Source: Octopus sinensis (Eukaryota). Taken from it: DNA of 64,000 bases. Below, piece by piece: positions 53,351 to 64,000 of this stretch (position 1 is the stretch's first letter; every line of letters begins with the position of its first letter). A program made the translations under genes and the position numbers. Below the pieces are notes generated by a model. The model did no database searches, was not told the origin of the DNA, and saw only the letters and a list, made by a program, of their open reading frames with translations. The stretch is taken from positions 65,224,001 to 65,288,000 of the forward strand of contig NC_043001.1 of assembly GCF_006345805.1 (NCBI RefSeq). The letters run 5' to 3'.

Positions 53351-54579
53351 GATCTTTTCTGTTTGGGAGCACTTTTCTGAAATTTTAAAATTAAATGAAA
53401 TTTTTCAAATTTGGGTGTATTGATGTAATTTTTCACGCTGAATCTCAGGGCTTAATTCACTTGCTCCAGAAAATTTTTTAAAAAAGGTTGCAGAGGTTTA
53501 AAGTTTGATAATTTTTTCCCAATTAGAAAACAGGATTTGGAAGCTGTCATTTTGTGCATGACTATAATCATAAGACAACAAAACAATAATGTCAACATTG
53601 CAACTATAACTCGTGTTTTAAACATTTAATAAGCGAAAAATGACCAAAAGAAGAGTAAACAACACATTTTGTAGTTTTAAGAGCAGAAACAAAATGTAAA
53701 CAAATTAAATATTTCGTAAACGTACATTTTTCGTAAACACACCTGGTTTATACAGGAGAGTTCCCACGCTTAGTTTATTACTATAGAAATAGGCACCTAT
53801 ATGTCTGTGGCTTTCGAGTGGCTAAAATTAACCAAAATTTGCAAACTTTAAAAACTGTTAAGAGCTTATTTATTGATTTATTGCAAAAACGAATTTCATG
53901 TCAATAATGAGCATACAAAACTATACCAGCTCACCCAATTTGAAATCAATTGAAACAAAAGTGAAGAAATTGAAAAGTGGCAGCCAAACAGTGGTTTCTC
54001 TAAAAGTATAACGATTCTACGGTTGCAGCTTAACTCGAAACATACACACATACATAATACATGCATACACACATACATACATACATACATACATACATAC
54101 ATACATACATACATACATACATACATACATACATACATACATACATGATGATTGCTCCACTGTTTTCAGTGACATTTCCGACTTTTTGTCCATGATCTCC
54201 TGGAGAACTATTCTGTCCCGTTGTAGATCTGCATGATTTGAAACACAGATGCCATACGAAAGTTGTAACTCACTGTACGCTTCCACCTGGTTAGGACTGC
54301 ATACGTCGCCTCACGTCCATCGCCATAAAACTTTCAGTAGATGGAATGTCAAATGAAGTCATCATAAGAAGACATCTGTGCATCAATGGACTATAGTTAT
54401 AAACGCTTTTACAACACGAGTACTACTCTCAGAGTTTTCGTAGTGACATGCTGAAGCGAAGTGACCAGTAATCAACGTGAAACCGCACTTATTACATCAG
54501 TGTTCCTCTCGCAGAAAGATGCTGTGACAACAAGACATACATACATACATACACTGGAATGAAAAAAAAAACACCAAAT

Positions 54580-56240
54580 GAAAAAATCACTGAAGAACAT
54601 TCCTATTCTACCACGGAAAGTCTATATAAAACATCTCAATAAGACAGACCTTGAGGAGAATAAAATGTAAGGCCTATTTCTTCGATAAAAGTATATCCAG
54701 CTCTCAGGCAGAGGACTGTTACGGCTTCAGATTTTGTAAAAACCCACCACATATTAAAGATCTAGATAGACTTGAAAATGACATAATAAAACTAGTTAAA
54801 AATGTGACATTCAATCATAGATCGAATAGCTTTTTTTCATCTTTTTAAGAACTCTCCAAATGCATTAATAAAAGGTAATTGATAGCATGACAAAAACATA
54901 TAAAAGAAACAAACCCATCGATAATTTAATAATCGATGAGGAAGAAAACCTAGCCATGAAATTTGATATCGAAGGCAGAATAGTATTTGTAACCCTGGTA
55001 GATATACCAATAATATTTGTAAGCCCTACCTGCAGATTAATAAATCCCACAAATAAAAAGGCGTAATCAGCAAATGTGTACTGGATAGTACCATACAACA
55101 TATCGGAGCTCCTCCAAACTGTACCGAGTGGATATGTAGCAGTAAAATCATTGAATGGTGTAAGAAAATTAAAGATAAACCCAAATGCAAACTCATCCAG
55201 TTCAACATAGGTCTCCAACAGGCACTCGAGCATAGTAAAACATATACAACGGCCACTAACTCCAATGTAGCCATTATAATAAATGCAAGGAAACCCTTGC
55301 CTTTTCACGAAAATACCTAATGGGTGAAGAATGGGAACGAACTATTTGATGTCGCTATGAGACGCAATGATGGAGCAGGGTAGCGGATCTGTTTGGCCTC
55401 TACATCCTACATTTCCTTAACAATGAAATAAAAAAACGCTGGCTTAGGGTTATATAAGGACAGCAGTCTAGGAGTAATACAGAATTAAAATAGCGACAAT
55501 ATGGATGAGATAAGAAAATGCAAAGCATTTAGTAAACCCAACTTGGAAACTACAATTAGCACTAAAAGCGTAAATTTCCTAGACATTATTATGAATCTTA
55601 GTACAGGCAAATTTAAGCATTTCCATAAACCAAATGAAGACGCTTCTTACATTGACAGAGGTTCTAACTATCCTGCGTTAATAATCAAACAATTAGTTAA
55701 TAGCATTAGTAGGTATGTTTCCAGCCTATCATCTAATGAAGCAACTTTCAAAAAGCATCTCATTTCACAACGCTGCACTAAACAGTTCTAATGTTAAGAA
55801 CAGTATTATCTATATCTAACCAAACGAAGATAGGTCGAAAGACGCAGGAATAGGAAAATATAGTATGATCCTCCGTACAGCATGAATGTAGTTACAATAT
55901 AGCTAGACAATTTCTGTAACTTATAGATATCCGTTTATTGAAACTTACATAAGAATTGCAGAAAAATACCTTCAAAGGGAGATACACGCAGTACTTGGCT
56001 TCATTTAGAGTTAAGACATGCAATTAAGAGTTAAGAGTTAAAACAAAAGACATGCAATAACTTTATCCAATACAGGAGCGTGACAATCCCCATATAATTT
56101 GGAGTATAATAGCCAGAAAATATAGAGGCAGCAGATGCAAACTCTGGATCATAGAGAAATTAAACAACATAACATCAACAGTGAATATTTTGAATATTTG
56201 GGAAGAAACCGTTCCTTGCATGCACAGACAACAATATGAA
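54580..56240 (+). mobile_element. Degenerate PLE of the same group as the 992-10032 element
   Basis: LKNIPI, LRRIKCKAYFF, LENDIIKLVKNVTF, RLINPT, FDVAM, VNFLDI, SN.P..I, C-terminal C.L..EK..LN remnants. Confidence 0.8.
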
Positions 56241-56769
56241 TATATATGGACGTTCACGCACAATGTAATTAATTTCTGCTGAACGCAATTTCTTGAAAAA
56301 TCAATGGTTAATGCAAGGGTAATGACATTTAAGAAATTCCTATAAGTTATTTCCCCTCATTTGTATATTCATTTTGAAGTCCCGCATCTCCTAGTGTATT
56401 TTCGTGTATTCGCATGTATTCTCATTCAAAATGGAGGCAATTAACATTTTTAAGTAGATCGCATGTGGAAATATTTTCCACATGAAAGCATTGGTAGCGT
56501 TGTTAATCCCCTAATAAAGAATACTTATCCATCAAATGCGCTGTTGATCGCTCATTATCACCTTCCGAGACTAAGCGCATTTGATGGATAAGTAGGTATG
56601 TATGTATGTATGTATGTATGTATGTATGTATGTATGTATGTATGTATGTATGTATGTATGTATGTATGTATGTATGCATGTATGTATGCATGTATGTATG
56701 TATGTATGCAAATGTATGTGTGTATGCATATGTATGTATGTATATATGTATATGTATAAGTATAAATGT

Positions 56770-56955
56770 ATATTCTGTTGTGTCTAGGGAGAATCATTCT
56801 CTTTTAGTGCCTTATAATTTAACACACTCACCGGTAAAATTTCCACATTTCTTTTTTATCTTTCTAAAAATTTTCGTTGCGTCCTGCAACCTTTTCAATA
56901 GTTTTGACTCTGTCCGTTATTCACACTGCGTTCTTTTTGTTTGTTTGTGTGTGCG

Positions 56956-56988
<33 letters not shown>

Positions 56989-59900
56989 ATACACATGCAC
57001 GTATGTATGTGTGTGTATGCATGTATGTGTGTGTGTGCATATGTATATATATGTATGTGTGTGCATTTGTATGTATGTATTCTGCATATTCATGTGTTTG
57101 CATGTCCGTGGTTGTGTGTTTTTATGTATGTGTGTATGTGTTTGCATGTATGTGTGTGTGTGTTTGCATATGTGTGTGTGTGTATTTGTATGTATGGATG
57201 GGTATCTCCATATTTGTGTACGTGTGTCTCCATATGTGCCCTTGTGTGAAGTAAAGTGTGTGTGTATGTAAGGTCATGTGTTTCAGTCTTCATTTGTGTA
57301 TGTGTGCGTATGTGTGCTTATCTGTTCATATAACCTATGTACCTACCCGTTTGTATGTTGATCTATTTACTTTCATATCCATATGCTTACACACATGTGA
57401 ATATACGTATGTAAACATACACTCGCACACACACACACATACATACATCCATCTACATAACAGCCCACTAACTATTCTACTCTACCTGTGTAAACTGTGG
57501 GTATGGGGATATGATATCTACTATGTATATTTCCTACTCAGTTCATCTGTTGACAAAGGTCTACAAAAACCGAAACAGCGAATTAGGAACAGAGAATTAG
57601 TGTGCCTTCCTACGAACAAGTCAGGCAGACTATCAATAGTCAGCCCACAGAACTATGTCCAGACGATGCAAAAACACATCAGTAGCATGAGAGAATCTGC
57701 ACCACAGGAACATGAAAGAGTGGAAAACTCCTCAGTGCACACATGGGATTGTGGTGCAACATACTCCAACCTAGGACGGCACACAATTTCCAAGCATCCA
57801 ACGATGATGTTCCCACACTACACAGATTACGCAAAGACCACAAACCCTACGTAAACCCTGTCATGGAACCCCAACAAGACCAGTTTGCGGAGCGAATATC
57901 TCCAGCAAATACAGACTGTCCTACTTCCTCTCAGAGGTATTACGACCTCTGATAGAGATGTCTCTAGGTGTCTGTGTGAGCACCGAAGATCTCCGTAAAA
58001 TCAGTACTTGCAACAACTCCAATGATCTCACAGGTTGTGTGGTGGGTAGTATGGATGTGATTTCACTCTAACCATCTATAAACATAGATTATGCTGTAGA
58101 GAAATGCATTCAGTTAATATATGAGAGTGAAGTAGAGTTCCATAAGGTCAACACGAGGAATTGGGCCTCCTCCTTAGACTAAGCTACGACAGCGACTATT
58201 TAGATGACCATGACATCAGTAGATTCTGCCCTACCAGGTCACAGAGGGGAAGACCACCCACCATCACCTCAGCAGTGAAGAAAAGCACCACAGAGCGCTG
58301 GAGTGGCTGGACCGCATCCACCCAAAACCCTGAGAACGAACAACAATCAGGTGAAAAAAATGATTGCACATGCAATAGGGGCCAGTGTAAAAACCACCTT
58401 GAAGAACCACATAGTAAAGTTCAACAAAAAACTATGCATGCAGGTTCGATATCGCTGTAGCTGGAGATGTGGCCGGCCTCTTCATGACATGGTGGGACAG
58501 AAAACTTAAGCAATTGTTAGCAGAACAGTCCACAACTATTCTACTCTACAGTAAGTATGTAGATGACATTAATATCATAGTTAAGACCAACTCTAATAAC
58601 GGTAGTGTAGAAACTGAGAGGAACGTAATGGAGAGCATCCAGCAAATAGCTAACTCCATCCACCAAAGTATCAAGGTAACTATAGATTACCTCACTAGAA
58701 ACCCCAACAATAGACTCCCAGTCCTTGATACTGAACTTTGGTCAGAGACTGTGAACAATAGAGTGCAGCTCCTCCACTCGTATTACATGAAACCCATAGT
58801 TTCAAAATATGTTGTTCACAAGAACTCACACAACATGAAAATTAACATACTGATAGCATACTTAGTTAGGATAATGAACAACATGTCTCCACTATGCAAA
58901 CCCTATGAAACGAAAAAACATATACAGAACTTCATGCACCACATGTATACAGAACTTCATGCACCACATGCAATTCTCTGGTTATGATCAGGAAGATAGG
59001 GTTCGGGTATACAGGGGTGCTAGGAAGAAATTAGATAACATTGTATGTAATGATGCCAGCGGTACCTGCCCTAGATATAGAAACAAGGACTAGAATAGGA
59101 TACAAAGAACTTGTGACAAAGCAAACGGCGAGTACATGGTATAAAACCGATAAATATCAAGGAGTGATGTTTGTAGAGGCCACAGCCCATGGAGAATTAG
59201 CCCGTAGATTTAGAAAAGCTCTGAAGGAGACCAAACTCGACATTAAGATTGTTGAAAAGCCAGGCAACTCGGTGAGATCACAACTATGTAGGACGTACCC
59301 CTTTAAGAATACCATATGCACCAATGATAACTGCATGGTATGTAGGATTAGCCCTGGCATTAACTGTAGAACTCGAAATGTAGTTTACAGCAAAAGATGC
59401 ATAGAAGGTGCTTGTAAATACATGAACATGACATACATAGGGGAGACATCTAGGAGCATTGCGGAACGACTAAATGAAAATTTGAGACAATATGACGACA
59501 AAAACAGTCCTCCATACTCTACCAACATGCCAAGGACCAACATAAAAGCAACCTGGGTCGACTTGACATCTGCAATCTTATCCGAGGACCCAAAAGACTC
59601 AACACGCAGGTAAATACAGGAGTACGTCCTCATAAGTGAGATTAATACTAAATAGGATTTATACATAGTAGATATCATACTCCCATACCCACAGTTTACA
59701 CAGGTCGAGTTAGTGGGCTGTTATGTAGAGAGATGTATGTATGTGTGTGTGTGGATGTATGTATATATGTATATGCACATGTATATAAGCATATGGATAT
59801 GAAAGTAAACAGATCAACATACAGACTGATAGTTACATAGGTTATATGAACAGACAAGCACACTTGCGCACACATGCACAAATGTAGACTGAAGCACTTG

Positions 59901-60019
59901 ACCATACACATACACACACACAAATACACTTTACTTCACACAAGGACCCATAGGGAGACACACGTCCACACATATAGAAATACACATCCATACATACAAA
60001 CATGGTACATAGTTATAAA

Positions 60020-60055
<36 letters not shown>

Positions 60056-60058
60056 ACA

Positions 60059-60099
<41 letters not shown>

Positions 60100-60476
60100 A
60101 ACACACACTCAGACATGCACACACCAGGAGACAGAGGTACACACACACACAATACATAAAAACACATGCATAAAAATGCACAACCACGGACATGCAAACA
60201 CATGAATATGCAAAATACATTGATAGAAATGCACATACGTACATATATACGTATGAACACACACGCACACATATACATGCATACACACACACGCACAAAA
60301 ACAAACAAAAAGAACATATTGTGAATAACGGACAGAGTCAAAACTATTGAAAAGGTTGCAAGGCGCAACGGAAATTTTAGAAAAATAACAAAGAAATAAG
60401 TGGAACTTTTACCAGTGAGTGTGTTAAATTATAAGGCACTAAAAGAGAATGACTCTCTCCAGACACAACAGAATAT
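56770..60476 (+). mobile_element. PLE (different family) with long inverted terminal repeats
   Basis: 56770-57534 is a diverged reverse complement of 59654-60476; the internal ORF remnant has PTNKSG, LRKDHK, TRPVCG, GSMDV..L.PSI, YVDD, LPVLD, CRTRNVVY..YIGETSRSI.ER. Confidence 0.85.
57545..59640 (+). pseudogene. PLE RT-GIY-YIG ORF remnant, 5'-truncated
   Basis: Fragmented ORFs 57743, 58161, 58303, 58469, 58905 and 59041 are in RT, thumb, GIY-YIG order. Confidence 0.85.
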
Positions 60477-60551
60477 GTTTCAACACACGAACTCACGTAA
60501 AGAATCTTGCAAACCAAATCCCAAAACGAAACATAAGTGTGTGTGTGTGTG

Positions 60552-60692
60552 TGTAGCACGGAATTTTGTCAGTGAACAGGTCGCGGTCTCAAAGCGACGA
60601 AAATATTTTGACAAATAAAATTTAAATGTTGAAGTGAATCTAACGCTTTTTGTGTGTTTCTTAAATGGCTTATAAACACCTTCCACGCTTCA

Positions 60693-60695
<3 letters not shown>
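60552..60695 (+). repeat. Dispersed repeat, copy 2 of 763-963
   Basis: Direct homology seen by eye. Confidence 0.7.
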
Positions 60696-60751
<56 letters not shown>

Positions 60752-60892
60752 GTGTGTGTGTGTGTATGTATGTATGTACGTACGTATGTATGTACGTACG
60801 TATGTATGTATGTATGTATGTATGCATGTATGTATGTATGTATGTATGTATGTATGTATGTATGTATGTATGTATGTATGTATGTATGTATG

Positions 60893-60923
<31 letters not shown>

Positions 60924-61064
60924 TTATCTATCTTAAGTTCAAATTTATAGAAAAACGAAGATAGGTGTAGGAACAATAAGCAAGTGTATAAGTTTGATGT
61001 TCGGGAAAAATGAAAAGTCCCTTATGTTTCGAGCCTACGCTCTTCGACAGAGAGTTGAGAATAT

Positions 61065-61765
61065 TCTGCTCAATGAACTTGGCATGATGAAGGTTTCTGC
61101 TCGTGGTTCCACGTCTTCTGACACCTGATCAAAAGCACACGAGGCTGACTACATCACGGGGTAATCTGACGATTGTTTGAGGCAGATCCAGCTGGTTTCC
61201 TTGAACGTTTCTTTGGGCCAGAAACAAAGAGACAATCCATGCAGTGGAAACACTCCCTCTTCACCTGCTCCCAAGAAGAGCAAGGTCGTGTCTTCTGTAG
61301 TGAAGGTGATGACCTCAGTTTTTGGGATGCAAAAGGCATTGTATTTATTTACAGGGTCACATCATCAATGGAGAGTACTATGCCAATTTGCTGAGGCAGT
61401 TACGAAAGGCTAAAAAGGCCAAACACCCAGGAAAACCGATGAAAGGTGTCTGAGCTCATCATGACAATGCTCCTGCACACAAGTCTTTGGTTTCAATTGC
61501 TGGTTTGTGCAACTGTGGCTTTGAACTGGCTGACTACCCACCCTATTCTCCTGATTTGACCCCATCTGACAATCATTTGTTTGCCAACATGAAAAACACT
61601 TCACTCGGAAGCAGAATGGCAGTAATGATGACGTCATATCTGCAGTTGATGACTCTTTTGACCAACAAGATGAAAGCTGCTTCACCAATGGGATCTAAGC
61701 ATTGCAGCACTGATGGAAGAAGTGTATAGACTACAAGAAGGACTATGTTGAAAAATAAACCCCAT
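61065..61765 (+). mobile_element. Mariner transposase remnant
   Basis: LGMMKVSAR.VPRLLTPDQK, ETKRQSMQWKH, APKK.KV, FWDAKGI, HDNAPAH, YPPYSPDLTPSD.HLF. Confidence 0.88.
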
Positions 61766-61814
61766 TTCGGATCAAATGTATAAATTTATGTGCGTGTGTG
61801 TGTGTGCGTGCGCG

Positions 61815-62010
61815 CGCCTGTCTTCACCCACACTACCTTCCCTTGACAATCGATGCTGATGTGTTTATGTCCTCGTAATTTGGCGGTTCGGCAAAAGAGG
61901 CCGATAGTATAAGTACGAGGCTTACAAAAAAATACGTCCTGGGTCGATTTCTTCGACCAAAACACTTCAAGGTGGTGGTCCAGTATGGCCGGAGCCAAAT
62001 GACTGAAGCA
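61815..62010 (+). mobile_element. 3' half of the octopus-type SINE
   Basis: cttgacaatcgatgctg...ggcggttcggcaaaagag.ccgatag...aaatgactgaagcaagtaaaagaata; overlaps the family seen at 49393-49740. Confidence 0.72.
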
Positions 62011-62052
62011 AGTAAAAGAATAATATATATATATATATATATCATATCAATA

Positions 62053-62574
62053 TCTATAAATCTGAAACAGAAAAGTTTGTTTGTCTGGTTTTGGCATTGG
62101 TACGGGTTAAAGGGCACTAGATCCCGTCGGATTCACTCCAAAATTTACAGAGATATGTAAAATGAGGTGAGGATGTGAGTGGGCTAGGTTAGAAATCCCT
62201 ATCTCAAACGCTGTGGTTACTAGGGCAAAACCCTCACTTTGACAAGTTTTTCTCGCTTCTGTCATTTTCTTATCTGCCTGTCTTCCTCCATGTTTCTCTC
62301 TTTCCTCCCTTCCCTTCACTTTCTCTCTATAACGACGTTTGACAGTGTCTACTATCTTTCCCCCGCCGTCTTCACCAGCGCTGTCACTCCTACATCCTCT
62401 CCCTCTCTCTCTATATTCTAGAGAATTATTATCGCCACCACCACCACCACCACCACCACACAATCATGAGAACAAATATTATGAATCAGATATCTATTGG
62501 GTTAATTTATATATATATGTGTGTGTGTGTGTGTTCTATATATAAATATGTATATATAATGTATATATACAAAG

Positions 62575-62636
<62 letters not shown>

Positions 62637-62700
62637 ATAATTTGTATACATTTGTATATATAATGCGTACACACACACATATATATATAATGCGTGTATA

Positions 62701-62761
<61 letters not shown>

Positions 62762-63501
62762 ATGTGTGCATTATGTGGTCGCTTGAGCTGAAAATATGCA
62801 CACCTATGTTAAAAGTGCTGGCGAGTTTGCATGGCAACTATTTTTTTCCTCAAATGAAAGGCGTGACCTCTAGGACAAAATTCCTCATCTTATAAAATGT
62901 GGCCCCAGTAGACCCGAATGAAATCGGGTTATATTAACCAAAATGTGAAAAGGGGTCTAAATGTGACTGGAAGGGATTAAAATTTACAGGAGCGGGTGTT
63001 TAGGAATTTTCTTTTCCATCAAGTTCAAAATTTTACGCCAGCCGTTCAACTGCCACTACGTTGCTGTCCGTCGTTAAGAAATGCCAGCCATGGTGAGTCT
63101 ACTATCCCCAGATTCCATCCCTTCAAACTTTGGTTTCCAATATTTTTTAAAATTTTTATTCAGCTCGCAATTTCGTCTGTCCCTTTTAAATGTTAGTGTT
63201 TTGCTGTCTGCCTTGAAGCAGACCTTTCCGTTGTCACTGCCTGATATTTATGATTGATCTTTCAAAATATTTCTTTCTCAACTTACTCAAGATCTTTTGC
63301 TGTTTATAAATGGGAGAGAGATAGAGAAATATAGAGAGTAAGAGAAAGTCCGAGAGAAAGGAAGAGTAAGAGAGTGGGAAAGTGAGTGAGAAAGGAGAGA
63401 GAAACAAAGAGGGAGAATGTGGTTATAAACAACTGAAAGGAAGCAACAGAAAGTAACAACCACACTCTTACCCGCACGTAGAGCGGGTCACCGTAAGCTA
63501 G
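62053..63501 (+). mobile_element. Probable non-autonomous Helitron
   Basis: A|TC start at 62053; 3' hairpin acccgc-acgtaga-gcgggt (63470-63488), 9 nt, then CTAG|T. The 3' end is well supported; pairing it with this 5' end is inferred. Confidence 0.6.
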
Positions 63502-63550
<49 letters not shown>

Positions 63551-64000
63551 GTCCTTGGACGAAAATTGTATGCACATTTTGCTTTGACGGTTAATGGCGG
63601 CTAAACCGAGGCTAGGATCGAGCTGAAAATTGGCTGGGATACTAAATGCGTGTTGAGGATGACACCCACGATGGTTAAAATTCGCAACCTAAAAAGATGT
63701 GGTTGCTATGGCAAAAAGAGTGCTTTTTATCGATTCAAGGGGCCCAGAACCCCTCAAGATTTGTGCGATTGGCTTTTAATGCCCAGCGGCATTTTGTTGC
63801 AAAATTCCGGCTACTAGGAAACGATTTTTCATTGTGAAAAAACGAATGCTTTTTGCCCTCATTTTCTTTTTAATCTTTTTATAAAAGTGAAAGGATTTTG
63901 TCTATTTATTTTTACTGTCCACTTACGACGGTGATTCAGTTGACTAGGAAAACTATACAATTTGAATATCTTAATCTACATATTGAAACTGCATTAAACT

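Overview
This is a repeat-saturated animal genomic window with no host gene I can support. The SINE type and the dense (TACA)n/(TA)n/(TC)n/(TCTA)n microsatellites suggest a cephalopod, probably Octopus (inference). Main contents: (1) a ~9 kb near-palindromic Penelope-like element (PLE) at 992-10032 with minimal hammerhead ribozymes; (2) a short non-coding LTR element at 11083-13471; (3) three full-length L1/Tx1-clade LINEs head-to-tail (18637-40456), each flanked by (TC)n, with a young CsRn1-like Gypsy nested in the third; (4) a second, decayed Gypsy on the minus strand and a nest of fold-back/inverted repeats, one carrying TTAGGG arrays; (5) a related, 5'-truncated Tx1 element sitting in (TCTA)n rather than (TC)n; (6) remnants of hAT, RTE, mariner, further PLEs, SINEs and a probable non-autonomous Helitron. 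The strongest leads are microsatellite-specific Tx1 retrotransposons with an apparent target switch between sister families, and the PLE hammerhead with a greatly extended stem II. Many frameshifts are 1-bp homopolymer indels and may be long-read consensus errors. All alignments were done by eye and no database search was run.
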